Shown here: one piece after another, positions 11,601 through 20,581 of the stretch
How the letters are laid out: the number at the start of each line of letters is the position of its first letter
Numbering within the stretch: position 1 is the stretch's first letter
Virus record (IMG/VR): IMGVR_UViG_3300037067_013349
Origin: an uncultured virus (IMG/VR IMGVR_UViG_3300037067_013349)
Lineage: Duplodnaviria; Heunggongvirae; Uroviricota; Caudoviricetes
Length of the DNA: 43,790 nucleotides
Direction: 5' to 3' (one strand)
Translations under genes and position numbers: made by a program
Notes under the pieces: generated by a model
Databases searched by the model: none
What the model saw: only the letters and a program-made list of their open reading frames with translations
What the model was told of the DNA's origin: nothing

Positions 11601-12926
11601 TGGTGCTGGCGTAGCATCAGATGTCATTGTCGTGGTGCATGTTGTAGTTCCAGGATTGTTAGCACCATCAACAGACACAACTTTCCATGGGGCGAAATCG
11701 ATATCAAACGCAGTCAGCGTACCATTATAGACGGCGAACACATCATAAACCAAATCTGACTCTAATGCATTACCACCTAAATCATTGGAAAGGTTAGAGG
11801 CAACAGGTTCAGTCGCTATATCGAGCAGCTCCCAAGCAAGCACGTCAGTATTATAGAGACGAATGTGACTTGAGGAATAGAAGCTCCAGCTTAGAACATC
11901 GCCAGCAGAAGCTTCTAATCGACCACCAACAGTATCACTGCTCTCGCCACCAGGCACAATCATGCTATTAACATAACGAACTGTCGCTACGTCATCTGCT
12001 ACTGATGGGGTCGGTGTGTGATTGTTGAGGAACTCGTTATCCGTCCCAAGATCGACCGCTGGAATGCGGAATGTATTATGATTAATGACGTTGTTGTCTG
12101 AACCAGAATCCAAGGTGAATGATGATCCGACAGCCCGCTCTACCAATGCGTTGTTCTCGATAGTATTGGAACTTGCACTTACGAGCTTTACAGCGTCCAA
12201 ATTGTCATCGATTTTGTTATAGTGCAGGACGTTGCTGTCTGAATTCTGAACATAAAAGCCAATAGTATTCGACTTAGATGTGCTCTCAGTGATTGAGTTA
12301 TTGTCAGAATAGACGATAGAAAAGCCCGTATTGACGTTAGAATCACTAATATTTTCTTCACCGTGGTTTCCGGTGGAGTTGAAAATACCGATACCATCGG
12401 CATTGTTTAAGGTTGTGTTATTCGAAATTGTGTTATCGTTCGAAGAATTCTTGAGTACGATGCCGTATTCGCGGTTGCCGTCACAAGTGTTATTAGTTAT
12501 GACGTTATTTCCGCTTCCAGTTAATTCGATACCGTTCTTATTCCCTGTGCACACGCACAAATCAATAGTAAAGACGTCTTCTGGAGATGAGTTATCAAGG
12601 AGAATACCAGCTTGGTTGTCTGTAGATGCTGTCACTGTGAATAACTTAAACATGCCGGACACAGCAGTAATCCGGACAGTCGGTGCAGACGTCCCATCTC
12701 CTCTAATAATCGTTGTTCGTGGATCGTCAGTATAAATATTGAGGATCTTGTTGATTGTTAGATTCTCGGTATATGTCCCCGGCCTGACGTAAATAACGTC
12801 TTTCTCAATAGCAGCATTAATAGCCGCCTGGATAGTAGTGTATTCATCATAGTCAGTAGAACCGACGCTGATGGTGTAATCAGCAGTTGCTTTAGTGACT
12901 ATTCTGTCGGTATTTCTTAACGTCAT
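5670..12926 (-). CDS. Collagen-like tail fibre / virion surface protein with a right-handed beta-helix, two discoidin(F5/8)-like plus CBM5/12-like modules, and about 1100 aa of G-X-Y repeats
   Basis: [22 protein letters not shown] followed by GI.L..S.NN.I.NN repeats; WIQYDF..NKY..P....GS....W..LD.R..YRYY twice; W.TGTAY.VG.RV..YAC..HTSG twice; GAT/GAS/GPQ repeats. Confidence 0.85.
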   Translation of the reverse strand: MTLRNTDRIVTKATADYTISVGSTDYDEYTTIQAAINAAIEKDVIYVRPGTYTENLTINKILNIYTDDPRTTIIRGDGTSAPTVRITAVSGMFKLFTVTASTDNQAGILLDNSSPEDVFTIDLCVCTGNKNGIELTGSGNNVITNNTCDGNREYGIVLKNSSNDNTISNNTTLNNADGIGIFNSTGNHGEENISDSNVNTGFSIVYSDNNSITESTSKSNTIGFYVQNSDSNVLHYNKIDDNLDAVKLVSASSNTIENNALVERAVGSSFTLDSGSDNNVINHNTFRIPAVDLGTDNEFLNNHTPTPSVADDVATVRYVNSMIVPGGESSDTVGGRLEASAGDVLSWSFYSSSHIRLYNTDVLAWELLDIATEPVASNLSNDLGGNALESDLVYDVFAVYNGTLTAFDIDFAPWKVVSVDGANNPGTTTCTTTMTSDATPAPQVSSASSELYDAWNAFSDDVARCWSSTPIPLATSAWIQYDFNIPTIVNKYALRANDNGAFPTEFSLYGSKNGVDYVLLDSRTGISGPGDQTWSAYYTFSNGIAYRYYKLITNCPADAGYGAMYVELNEIKLVRGVPANSRASYWETGTAYNVGDRVIHDSVYACLSAHTSGDFATDLASGLWILVEACGLGVFDGVPVYANSGDFKGYRWLGILSLYDIAGTPYFNNSLIGNFYNIVERKKDTGDISIAAGTIGNIILGALDLPRDNGLPTQVLQTDGYGNLSWVDNGGDAADSDIVGGNLKITSSTILSWNFVESSLIRLYDDTNSVWDVVNIATAPTVSNIVNDMGANPLIANRTYDVFASFVNATSFDIQFAPWKFVPSDGIYNTGTTTCTAVMTSFVDPTPNMVITSSTGVQVGGTYLYGWYAFNQEDTPGNPGWGVQIGGTGYTPGDPFQTPMWITYDFGPYVKKAINKYAFKAKLYYPSLPRTWTFSGSNDNVNWSVLDTRTDVDPPSGVDIWSDYFTFDNAIEYRFYRIDVTACTYPMQEIDGADQLWFATIGELKYVEYTPVSESRIEDWATATSYSIGQRVLYSYTYACVVSHTSGVFADDLAAGYWIQVDSDGLATLDGVPVFVASGNYKGYRWLGTVTLDNNAGVPEYNATRLTNFYHPLERMRADETVVVTGQQTGIGIHNPTARLHIQAGKAAPGNAPVKMESGDVLAVPEAGAVEFIQDDLYFTITTNGARKGFILNDGTRLTPNRIPFAGTHGRLIDSAGLQYDDAGGLQISVIHSVSGEDLQLSAWGTGKNVVISNMRFPNIDGSAGQVLVTDGYRNLSWSSTGIIGASGATGAAGATGPSGGPTGATGSTGPQGSLGPIGPIGATGAGATGSTGPIGATGPTGGASGPSGATGSTGISLPGATGATGIGATGATGTPGATGPSGGPTGATGATGIGLTGATGPAGGPIGATGSTGPQGASGLGATGSTGADGAAGATGPGGGPTGATGSTGPGGPVGASGVGLDGASGPAGQPGATGPTGGASGPAGSTGSTGVGGSTGVAGATGATGIGRDGATGVAGATGLTGATGIQGPTGGASGPAGATGIAGSTGATGSKGATGATGVSITGPTGATGPSGGPTGATGSTGAAGDAGATGSQGNAGASGADGDAGATGATGADGDAGATGSTGPQGAGATGATGPVGATGLTGASGPFGGPVGATGSTGPVGLTGATGATGLVGPSGATGIDGASGASGATGVQGASGVGDTGATGIDGASGASGATGPQGETGLTGATGIDGASGASGATGTQGASGIGASGAQGASGYTGYSGASGATGFTGLTGATGAGLTGASGASGATGVQGDIGLTGATGIDGASGASGATGPQGEQGYTGFPGASGATGHTGDTGDIGATGSTGPQGPTGGASGPQGEAGATGIDGASGASGATGTQGASGITGEAGASGVQGETGATGSQGDAGATGIDGASGATGPQGDTGGASGPQGETGATGATGPQGDPGGASGPQGETGATGATGASGPQGASGASGATGPQGDPGGASGPQGETGATGSTGPQGETGTTGDIGASGIDGASGVQGASGIDGASGVQGETGATGDPGASGATGPQGDPGGASGPQGETGATGATGPQGDIGLTGATGLMGPYGASGASGATGVQGSTGPQGEIGATGIDGASGASGATGPQGDPGGASGPQGEAGATGATGIDGATGPQGDTGATGDPGSVGATGATGPQGDPGGASGPQGETGATGSTGPQGATGDLGATGATGPQGDPGGASGPQGETGATGSTGPQGETGATGIDGASGATGPQGDPGGASGPQGETGATGSTGPQGETGAIGATGSTGPVGLTGATGATGSTGPQGDIGLTGATGIDGASGATGPQGDPGGASGPQGETGATGATGIDGASGATGIDGASGIAGASGATGPVPSGLAGTKVYYVSDTSGGSPTRKLTFTDGILTAEE
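5775..9075 (-). repeat. Collagen G-X-Y coding repeat region
   Basis: Recurring [23 protein letters not shown] units; GC-rich periodic DNA. Confidence 0.9.
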
Positions 12927-12930
12927 GCCG

Positions 12931-13212
12931 TTACTCTCCCTCAGCCGTTATGTGAACGACAACATCATTCGTTTCACATTCTTTGAAAATGATGTCACTC
13001 AGATCCAGGATTGCCTTATAGACCTTTATGATGACCGAAGTGGCGGTCAAACTGGTAATCTTATGCGAAAGAGGATAAATGTTGTCCTCAAGGCCACCAG
13101 TATTTAGCTGGATTCCAACGCAAACCACAGGTGGTTGGCTGAACGGAAGATCGAAAGTCCATTCTATGCCACCTGCGACATAATTGATCTTGGTATCAAA
13201 TAATGTATTCAT
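12931..13212 (-). CDS. Small virion-associated protein, paralogous to an internal domain of the 32327..36577 protein
   Basis: NYVAGGIEW...DNIYPLS.KI.S..AT.V.IKVYKA.LD..DI.F.EC...DVVVHI is shared between the two. Confidence 0.75.
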   Translation of the reverse strand: MNTLFDTKINYVAGGIEWTFDLPFSQPPVVCVGIQLNTGGLEDNIYPLSHKITSLTATSVIIKVYKAILDLSDIIFKECETNDVVVHITAEGE

Positions 13213-13294
13213 AGGAAACTCGCCTTTTTATTTTTGCGGATTTGAAACCAAGCCATCATTATTTAACTTTTCATGGCATCTAATGTAGATACTC

Positions 13295-13582
13295 TTGAAG
13301 ATGAATGAGAAAATGGGACCAAATGTTCGAAAGCTTATCTGCCATCATATGGCCACAATAGCAGTACCGCCAAACGGCGGCATGGCAGATGCTCTCAAAG
13401 CTCTTACAACTCCTGGCAGACTTACAGAGATAGCTAAGGAATCTACTGAGTGGGTCCGACAAGCATTAGAGGTAGTAAAATCTGCGCCGAATAATCCCTT
13501 CAGCAGTGATGAAGAAATTGCTGGAGAGATTCTTAGAAGAGTAGAAGAGCGGTTGCGGCAGAGAAGAATTTCTAGTAAATAG
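13295..13582 (+). CDS. Hypothetical protein
   Basis: 95-aa ORF filling the gap. Confidence 0.6.
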   Translation: MKMNEKMGPNVRKLICHHMATIAVPPNGGMADALKALTTPGRLTEIAKESTEWVRQALEVVKSAPNNPFSSDEEIAGEILRRVEERLRQRRISSK

Positions 13583-13608
13583 AATCAAACTTACATCGGA
13601 GGATACCC

Positions 13609-13860
13609 ATGGCAACACCAATTCACGTTGCGCGCATTGCACTGCTTCCAGTCAATCCGTTAGGCGCTGTTCTAGATAAGAATACGGCCACAATAGCTCA
13701 GATGACTCAAGCATCAACAGAAGAAAGAGTATTGGTTGATGCAGATATTCCAAATTCAGTCGGCAATCCTACGCCAACTGAATATCTCAAATTAGAAGCC
13801 GCTGACGATTACACTTTGCGGCATATCGATCAGACCTATATCATCACATACGGTCAATAG
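13609..13860 (+). CDS. Hypothetical protein
   Basis: GGAGG Shine-Dalgarno just upstream; followed by a strong hairpin. Confidence 0.75.
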   Translation: MATPIHVARIALLPVNPLGAVLDKNTATIAQMTQASTEERVLVDADIPNSVGNPTPTEYLKLEAADDYTLRHIDQTYIITYGQ

Positions 13861-13862
13861 CA

Positions 13863-13904
13863 ATACAACAACGGCGTGCCATTGCTAGCACGCCGTTGTT
13901 GTAT
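13863..13904. terminator. Perfect 17-bp inverted repeat between convergent genes; probable bidirectional terminator
   Basis: atacaacaacggcgtgc (13863-13879) / gcacgccgttgttgtat (13888-13904), 8-nt loop. Confidence 0.7.
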
Positions 13905-13938
13905 GTCTCTACCTTTGTCAGGTACCCTTTAGGCATCC

Positions 13939-14415
13939 TTACTTGGGCAGAGGTGCTGGGCAAACCAGAGGTTGCGTCGGAGCGCAGGCTGCCGGTGTAC
14001 AAGCCGCAGGAGCACAGGCTTCAGGAGCACATTCCTTCCTACGGTGACGACGCCGCTCGACTTCACGCTTTACGACGACTACCTCACGAGTTCTCACAAC
14101 CCGGCGCTTCGCCTTTTCGCAAGTAACAGGCTCACAAGCTGCAGGGGTGCAAGCCGCAGGGGTGCAAGCCGCAGGGGTGCAAGCGTTGCAAGCTCTCTCA
14201 GCGGCTCTCGATGCTCGACGCTCCTTGCGGACTTCTCTGTCGCCTGGGATCAGCTTGACCGCACCGGCCATAATGTGACGAACAGGCCGAACAGCACGGA
14301 CTTTGTGAACCTCAACGGCAGTACAAGCGGCAGGGGTACAAGCTTCCGGCGCACATGCAGCTGGGGCACACGGTGCGCCCAACATTGCTGCGGATAACAA
14401 AAGTGAACTCAACAT
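13939..14415 (-). CDS. Secreted Cys/Pro/Ala-rich repeat protein (ACTPA/ACAPE)
   Basis: GGAGG upstream of the ATG at 14415; signal-peptide-like MLSSLLLSAAMLGA; three clusters of C-x-P-A-A pentapeptides. Confidence 0.8.
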   Translation of the reverse strand: MLSSLLLSAAMLGAPCAPAACAPEACTPAACTAVEVHKVRAVRPVRHIMAGAVKLIPGDREVRKERRASRAAERACNACTPAACTPAACTPAACEPVTCEKAKRRVVRTREVVVVKREVERRRHRRKECAPEACAPAACTPAACAPTQPLVCPAPLPK

Positions 14416-14550
14416 GTCAGATCCTCCAACCATAGTTTACATCCGGCCTACAAAGCCGAAAACCGTTATTAAAATACAGAGGCAATTCCTCCACAATATA
14501 CTGTATTTTTGCAAGAGGGGTTCAGGAAATTCGGTTAGTATTTATCATAT

Positions 14551-15030
14551 ATGAGCCTTGAAGTCAGTAACACCTTTGGGCGGTCGGTCAAATTAGTACG
14601 TGATAAAATACGTCAGTCGTTACATGATACCTGCGAGGGGATAGCCCATGTCTTTGCACACTACCCTGCTATGGTTTGTATTGGCCGAGTGAAGGAAAAG
14701 GGTAAGTGGACTATAGGCATAGAGGAATTATCTGACGATGATGTTGAAGGGAATCCACTTATACCAATTTATTACGTCGAATTCGCAGATGAAGATATCG
14801 AAGAAGCTATTACTCTATTTTTAGAATTAGTAAAATCGCCTAGAAAAGATTTCGAGAAATATATGTATAAAAAGCTGGGGAAGTCTATAATTCTTTCCCC
14901 ATCACCTCGAATAATTCCTCCGGGTGTCGACGCTCAAACCTATTTGTATGAGGTATTTCGAGAAAGCGTTAAACGAAGCCTTAGTCGCAAAAAACGATCT
15001 AGACGAGCTAGATCCGCAGGAAGTCCCTGA
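14551..15030 (+). CDS. Hypothetical protein
   Basis: 159-aa ORF. Confidence 0.6.
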   Translation: MSLEVSNTFGRSVKLVRDKIRQSLHDTCEGIAHVFAHYPAMVCIGRVKEKGKWTIGIEELSDDDVEGNPLIPIYYVEFADEDIEEAITLFLELVKSPRKDFEKYMYKKLGKSIILSPSPRIIPPGVDAQTYLYEVFRESVKRSLSRKKRSRRARSAGSP

Positions 15031-15139
15031 TCAAGCTGAAGCCGCTGCCGATAAGGCTGAAAGCCAAGGACTCGATGATGTCAGTGAGTTGGGAAAGGCC
15101 GAGATAGAACAACAATACTTTCCCGATGATACTCAATAA
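14948..15139 (+). CDS. Small acidic hypothetical protein (start MRYFEK)
   Basis: Acidic ORF overlapping the end of the previous gene. Confidence 0.5.
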   Translation: MRYFEKALNEALVAKNDLDELDPQEVPDQAEAAADKAESQGLDDVSELGKAEIEQQYFPDDTQ

Positions 15140-15181
15140 GAGCTGCGAGTTCAAAGCTACAATAGAACAGGAGATTTCAAA

Positions 15182-15409
15182 ATGCGAACGCCAATATATG
15201 TGATAGGCAATAATTCCCATCAGCCAGTCAGCGTCAACTATCAAGCTGGTGCAGAAGCCGCTGTTGGTGATGTGCCTCAAACTTCCCATGGCCTACTGAC
15301 GATTGTGCCTGGAAAGAAGGTAACAATCGAGCAGTCACGAGTGAATTTTGGCCAAATTCATACTTTGGCTTCCAACAACTTGCTTACATTGACAGAGGGC
15401 TATCTATGA
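15182..15409 (+). CDS. Hypothetical protein
   Basis: AGGAG Shine-Dalgarno; coupled to the next ORF (ATGA). Confidence 0.7.
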   Translation: MRTPIYVIGNNSHQPVSVNYQAGAEAAVGDVPQTSHGLLTIVPGKKVTIEQSRVNFGQIHTLASNNLLTLTEGYL

Positions 15410-15711
15410 GCCTTAGCACCATCACAATAACGCGGCAGTGCCCAGTCATTGATTATTTTGTCGTTCTACCGAACAACATCGAATCGAAGGCTACTGCTGT
15501 GCCCGTTGCTGGCTTTGTAGCGGCCACAGGCGGCGTTGTGAATAGGCTGTCTCAGGCGAGCAATCAAGGCAGACATGGCTATCGATTCGGCACTCAAGAA
15601 TGGGTTGAGTTATCCGAAGCTATTGGCGGTTCAAATGCAGCGTTGGAAGCTGGTAAGACCCTGTATGGCACTAACGTGCGAACCGACAAGCCTAAGCCAT
15701 GGGAAAGCTAG
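15406..15711 (+). CDS. Hypothetical protein
   Basis: Coupled ORF, convergent with kdsB. Confidence 0.65.
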   Translation: MSLSTITITRQCPVIDYFVVLPNNIESKATAVPVAGFVAATGGVVNRLSQASNQGRHGYRFGTQEWVELSEAIGGSNAALEAGKTLYGTNVRTDKPKPWES

Positions 15712-16478
15712 AACGGGCGATTCATTCTAATAACGAACGCCATATAATCTTCTTTAGTATCGATACCATAAGTGGGTTCGTTGGCGATTCCTACTAAGAT
15801 TTTATGACCAAAATAGAGTGCCCGTAGTTGTTCAAGACTCTCCATAGTCTCCATCTGGCATGGAGGATGTTGGACGAGTTTTAATAAGAAATCTCGCCTA
15901 TAAGCATATACACCCACGTGCCGATAAAAAATGGTTCGCAGGAATTGACTGTTATCGGGTTCTGTGCCACCGTCTAATATGCCAGGATATGGAACAGGAC
16001 CTCGGCTGAAATACAACGCCCTGTTCTCATGATCCAGAACAACCTTCACACAAGATCGGTTGCAAAGCTGCGACAGTGAGCGAATCGGAGAAGCAATTGT
16101 ACTCATCACTTCTGCTGGATTCTCTTTGAGTAGCTTGACGGCCAAATCGATCAATGAACCCTTTATCTCAGGTTCATCAGCTTGCACATCGACGATGATA
16201 TCAGCGTCGGCGTGATCTGCAATTTTACTAGTAGCTAATGCTACTCTTTCCGTGCCATTCTCTGCCGCACCGGTCATCACGACGTCTCCGCCGAATGACT
16301 CTACTTCCTTACGAATAGCCTCGTCATCAGTCGCAACGCACATACCTGTCGAATATATAGATTGCATCGCTGACTGATAGGTATGGTGCAGAACAGATTT
16401 GCCGGTATTACGCAACAGAAGTTTACCGGGCAAACGAGACGAGCCCATACGAGCAGGAATGATAATTTTACACTTCAA
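15708..16478 (-). CDS. kdsB: 3-deoxy-manno-octulosonate cytidylyltransferase (CMP-Kdo synthetase)
   Basis: IIPARMGSSRLPGKLL, VATDD, GTERVA, VQADEP, VKVV..ALYFSR, HVGVYAYR, ESLEQLRAL, GIDTKED motifs. Confidence 0.93.
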   Translation of the reverse strand: MKCKIIIPARMGSSRLPGKLLLRNTGKSVLHHTYQSAMQSIYSTGMCVATDDEAIRKEVESFGGDVVMTGAAENGTERVALATSKIADHADADIIVDVQADEPEIKGSLIDLAVKLLKENPAEVMSTIASPIRSLSQLCNRSCVKVVLDHENRALYFSRGPVPYPGILDGGTEPDNSQFLRTIFYRHVGVYAYRRDFLLKLVQHPPCQMETMESLEQLRALYFGHKILVGIANEPTYGIDTKEDYMAFVIRMNRPF

Positions 16479-16491
16479 GGGCTGGATACTC

Positions 16492-17982
16492 CCTGTAGTC
16501 CTGTAATTGCTTGGGAACGAACACTGTTCTCCCTTTTATGTGGAGTAGTTCCGCGTCGACCTGTAGCCCTGTAATCCTAACGCTATTCTCATTATCACTT
16601 CAACATTTCAGAAAAATCCTGCAGCCCTATCGATCCGGCCATCTTCACTGTTTGCGCCTGTAGTCCTGTAATTGCCTAGTAGTTACCTCCATTGCGAAGA
16701 GGCTTTGTGACGTTAATCACGACCTGTAGTCCTAACGCTATTCTCCATTTTACCGAGAACGAAATGGCCCTTTCCCTGTAGTCCTAATGCTTCATTCGGC
16801 ACCCTACTTCACCTGTAGTCCTAACGCTATTTTCATTAATCGTATCAAAGTCGTAATCGAGCGACCTGTAGTCCTGTAACGCTATTCTCCATTGCGATCA
16901 ATCGCTACACGCGGCGGCAAACCTGTAGTCCGCAGGGTAGCCACTACGAACAGATGGACCTGTAATCCTGGAAACGAACGCTCTATTTGGGAGCCTGTAG
17001 TCCTAACGCTATACCAGAAGTATGGCGACCTGTAGTCCTGTAGTTACCTGGGAACGAACGTTATTCTCCATTGCTTCTCCGAAGCACCTTCGGAATGTGG
17101 AACCTGTAGTTACCTGGGAACGAACGCTATTCTCCATTGACGGTCGCTTCAAGCAATATATGGGACTCCTGTAGTCCTGTAATCCTGGGAACGAACGCTA
17201 TTCTCCATTTGGGAAGGCGATACTCAACAGCATTCTGCACCTGTAGTTACCTGGAACGAACGCTATTCTCCATTCACTTCGGTTGAAGTCTGGTCCACCG
17301 CTGACCTGTAGTTACCTGGGAACGAACGCTATTCTCCATTAAAACCGAGCATACCATCTCCCCTGTAGCTGCTAAGCAAATACGCCATGGGAGCCTGTAG
17401 TCCTGTAGTTCTAATGCTGTTCTCCATTCATAAACACAAACCGCATAAATCGGAGTGTCCTGTAATCCTGTTTTGAGCCTGCCGTATCAGATTCCTGTGA
17501 CCCTGTAGTCCTTCTCCATTTTACTCGGTCAGATAGGCTCCATGTGACTTACCTGTAGTCCTGTAATTCAAGCGGGCCAAGAATACATCCTGTAGTTACC
17601 TGAGAACGAACGCTACTCCATTTTTCAGAAGAGATACATCATCCTGTAGTCCTGTAGTTTACCTGGGAACGAACGCTATTCCATTTGCCGCAAATTCGAC
17701 AGGCTATACGATCTCCTGTAGTCCTGTAGTTACCTTGGGAACAAACGTTATGCTCCATTAAACTGGGAACGAACGCTATTCTCCATTAGTTGCTCGACTC
17801 GCTGTTCGGTCTGCGCCCTGCAGTTACCTGGGAACGAACGCTATTCTCCATTTGGCGCGTCCGTGATCTATATGCCTGTAGTCCTGTAATCCTGGGAACG
17901 AACGCTATTCTCCATTGCTTTGGCTAGTGAAGTCTTCTAGCTTGGTCCTGTAGTTACCTGAGAACGAACGCTATTCTCCATT
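16492..17982 (-). CRISPR. CRISPR-like array 1: about 27 degenerate repeats; full repeat 36 nt (+ strand CCTGTAGTTACCTGGGAACGAACGCTATTCTCCATT); spacers mostly 27-31 nt
   Basis: Perfect 36-mers at 17103 and 17305; variants beginning CCTGTAGTCCTGT or CCTGTAGTCCTAA; unique spacers between them. Confidence 0.9.
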
Positions 17983-17989
17983 TCGCTAT

Positions 17990-18547
17990 TTAGGTTGTTT
18001 CCGGCATCTTGTCTTTCTGCACGGCCTCGGTAGCAATAGCATATTGCAGCCTGACATAGCTCGAAGCCAATATCAGAAGCGTGTTGAGATTGACGGTGAT
18101 TTTCTCCTTGGGACATTCCAGGTGCACCAGTATCTCATCATTGACCTTTCGGCCTTTTATCTCAACCGCTCCAACTTCGTTGTTCAAAATCTTGCCGTTG
18201 ATCCAAGCGGTGACGCCGTGACCGCTTGGATCGGCCCAATCGTCCGACAGACCGGCAGCCGCCATGAAAGCCAAAAGGCTTTTGCCCTCTGGCGATCGTG
18301 CTAAGCTAGAAGACATTCCAGAAGGTTTAGGGAACTTTACTGGAAGCCTCACCACTATTTCGCGCTCCACAGGAGTTTCGTCGTCTCCGAATTTGACTAT
18401 CCATACTTCCGTGGGCGGATCAGAGGTATGGCAGAGTCGAACCAGCGATATGAGTTGAGCCTTACCTTCGAGTTCCCGATACTCGCTGAGAGACCGCTGC
18501 TTTTTGTAAATGGAGCACAAATCTCCACGCTTCAAAACTGACTTCAC
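17990..18547 (-). CDS. Hypothetical protein between the arrays
   Basis: 185-aa ORF, GGGGAG Shine-Dalgarno, stop 7 nt before array 1. Confidence 0.75.
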   Translation of the reverse strand: MKSVLKRGDLCSIYKKQRSLSEYRELEGKAQLISLVRLCHTSDPPTEVWIVKFGDDETPVEREIVVRLPVKFPKPSGMSSSLARSPEGKSLLAFMAAAGLSDDWADPSGHGVTAWINGKILNNEVGAVEIKGRKVNDEILVHLECPKEKITVNLNTLLILASSYVRLQYAIATEAVQKDKMPETT

Positions 18548-18618
18548 ATTACTACTCCCCTTGAGCCATTGAAAATCATCATTGATGTCCGTATCTTTTT
18601 ATAGCTCGACGAATAGGG

Positions 18619-19140
18619 TCAATTAGCTTCGAGTTCAATTATCTTAGCTTGAAGCTCGGCAATTTGCGCCCGAAGAGCCTCGTTCTCCGCTTCCAGTGTC
18701 TTGATGCGGGCTAAAAGCTGGTCCTGGACTGCCTGCATCGACGCCTTGACCTTGCGGGCTTCCTTATATGGGTCGGCTGGCTTGGCCCGGCGACGACGTG
18801 GCGGAACGTCGGATTTCGTCTTGGCGAGCATACCGTTGTACATGTCGCGAAGCTTGCCATCCTTCCATTGATATTCTTCCGGATAATGATTGAGCATCAT
18901 CCGTAATTCGGAGAAGGTCAAGCAAAGGTCGCTGACATATTCATCCAGGATGGCCAGAAGCTTGTTGTTGTCCAGGATCTCGTTGTCGGCCCGAAAGTCT
19001 GGGTCTTCATAGACACTGTTCAATAGAGTTGCCCGCCGATAGGCATTATGGCCACTCGACTGCTGCAGCTTCCGGACTTGCTGTAAGAGCTTCTTGTACT
19101 GCCTTTTGCAGCGTGGCTGGGTTGGTGCGGTCGACCTCAT
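18619..19140 (-). CDS. Hypothetical protein with C-terminal coiled coil
   Basis: AAGGAGG upstream; LLARIKTLEAENEALRAQIAELQAKI heptads. Confidence 0.75.
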   Translation of the reverse strand: MRSTAPTQPRCKRQYKKLLQQVRKLQQSSGHNAYRRATLLNSVYEDPDFRADNEILDNNKLLAILDEYVSDLCLTFSELRMMLNHYPEEYQWKDGKLRDMYNGMLAKTKSDVPPRRRRAKPADPYKEARKVKASMQAVQDQLLARIKTLEAENEALRAQIAELQAKIIELEAN

Positions 19141-19252
19141 CGATAGTCCTCCTTAGTCTTTTATGGAAAGCTGATAGTTGTGCACATTGGCGACAGCAAA
19201 ACTTCTTGTTGCCGTTCAATGGTGTCTTACATACTGGACATAAACCTGTCAT
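19046..19252 (-). CDS. Small zinc-ribbon protein (CPVC...KFCCRQC)
   Basis: CxxC plus FCxxxC motif; overlaps the next ORF. Confidence 0.45.
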   Translation of the reverse strand: MTGLCPVCKTPLNGNKKFCCRQCAQLSAFHKRLRRTIDEVDRTNPATLQKAVQEALTASPEAAAVEWP

Positions 19253-19295
19253 TGTGCGTATTAGAGAACCTGTAGTTATCGCGTTACGGGCTTCG

Positions 19296-19691
19296 TTACT
19301 GTAATCCTGCTTCTGCGTTTTGTTCCTCGACAGGCATATCGACCTCTATCAACTCCTTGACGCCAAGCTGAGAGGTCGTTACTCTTATCGCATTGTTGAC
19401 GATATCCCAAATCTTTACTTCGCGTTCAACTATCCCTTGGCAGTTGCAGTGTACTAAACCGCTCATTCTTACAGATACACAGCAACCGGTTGGGTTGTCC
19501 AGATGTACCTTGAATTGTCGGCGCTCATAATCCTGCCAAGCCCAAATTCGCTTGCCGCAAATCTCGCAGCGCGTTATAGCTGGATAACCGTGCCAATTTG
19601 GATCAAACCAAAGTAAAGCTGCCTTGCCGATAACTATCCCAACAAGAATGCATACTGCAAGTATCAAAAACTTAATCACGTAAATTCTCAT
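19296..19691 (-). CDS. Hypothetical membrane-anchored Cys-containing protein bounded by repeat cores
   Basis: N-terminal TM helix, CEICG; repeat-like core at 19709 upstream and at its own 3' end. Confidence 0.6.
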   Translation of the reverse strand: MRIYVIKFLILAVCILVGIVIGKAALLWFDPNWHGYPAITRCEICGKRIWAWQDYERRQFKVHLDNPTGCCVSVRMSGLVHCNCQGIVEREVKIWDIVNNAIRVTTSQLGVKELIEVDMPVEEQNAEAGLQ

Positions 19692-19720
19692 ATGCGCCGT
19701 TCGGAGCCCCCGCAGTCCTG

Positions 19721-19900
19721 TTATGTTGTCTGCAAGAAGTCTCTCATTTCGATCAATTCATCAACACTTCTGAATGACATTTGGTAGCCATCCTTTTCTA
19801 GTATGAGAATCAATCCTTGCAGCATAAGCTTGAGTCGTCGAAAATTTTCCACATTGTTTAAAAATACGAGAAGTTCGTGACGCCACGAGTTTGGCACCAT
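19721..19900 (-). CDS. 59-aa ORF exactly filling the space between two repeat units
   Basis: Hand-translated MVPNSWRHELLVFLNNVENFRRLKLMLQGLILILEKDGYQMSFRSVDELIEMRDFLQTT*; ATG abuts repeat 19901, TAA overlaps core 19709-19721. Confidence 0.55.
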   Translation of the reverse strand: MVPNSWRHELLVFLNNVENFRRLKLMLQGLILILEKDGYQMSFRSVDELIEMRDFLQTT

Positions 19901-20581
19901 CCTGCAGTCCTGTAGTTACCAAACACTGGATTTCCAAACGAGATTTATTAAACCTGTAGTCCTGTAGTCTAATGCTATACTCCATTGTATCGCTATGTCG
20001 CTACTTTGCGAAGAGCCTGTAGTCCTGTAGTTACCGAACGCTATTCTCCATTTTCACGTTCCACTCGATCTTGTTGAAACTCCTGTAGTCCTGTAATCAT
20101 AACGCTATCCCAAAATGTCAGGAGGGCGTCATTAGTCCTGTAGTCCTGTAGTTACCTGGAAACGAAATTTCACCACAAAACCGAATTTTCAAAGAACTCC
20201 TGTAGTCCTGTAGTCCTAACGCTATTCTCCATTACCGTAATTTATGGGGTACCTGTAGTCCTGTAGTCCTAATGCTATTCTCCATTCATACATTCATGTA
20301 TTTTGGCGGCAATGCTCCTGTAGTTACCTGGGAACGAATGCTATTCTCCATTTGAGCAAGATCGAGCTGTGCACCGGCATTTCCTGTAGTTACCTGGGAA
20401 CGAACGCTATTCTCCATTTGTCAACAACGCTGGTATACTCCGATTCCTGTAGTCCTAATGCTATTCTCCATTTGAGAAGTGGAACGGCCTGTGCTTCAAT
20501 GCCTGTAGTCCTGTCCTATAGTCCTAACCTGTTCTCCAGAGGTTCTTACCACCTGTAGTCCTGTAGTCCTAACGCTATTTT
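19901..20581 (-). CRISPR. CRISPR-like array 2: about 12 repeats of the same family
   Basis: Repeat starts at 19901, 19953, 20016, 20082, 20137, 20199, 20252, 20317, 20383 (perfect 36-mer), 20446, 20502, 20552; spacers mostly 27-32 nt. Confidence 0.9.

Noticed and set aside
20353..20382. Spacer translating to KIELCTGI, similar to LELCTGF at the end of the baseplate-like gene
   Set aside because: Nucleotide identity is low (third positions differ); not a credible self-target
19761..20558. ORFs 19761..19985 (-) and 20352..20558 (+)
   Set aside because: They read through repeats and spacers; likely spurious
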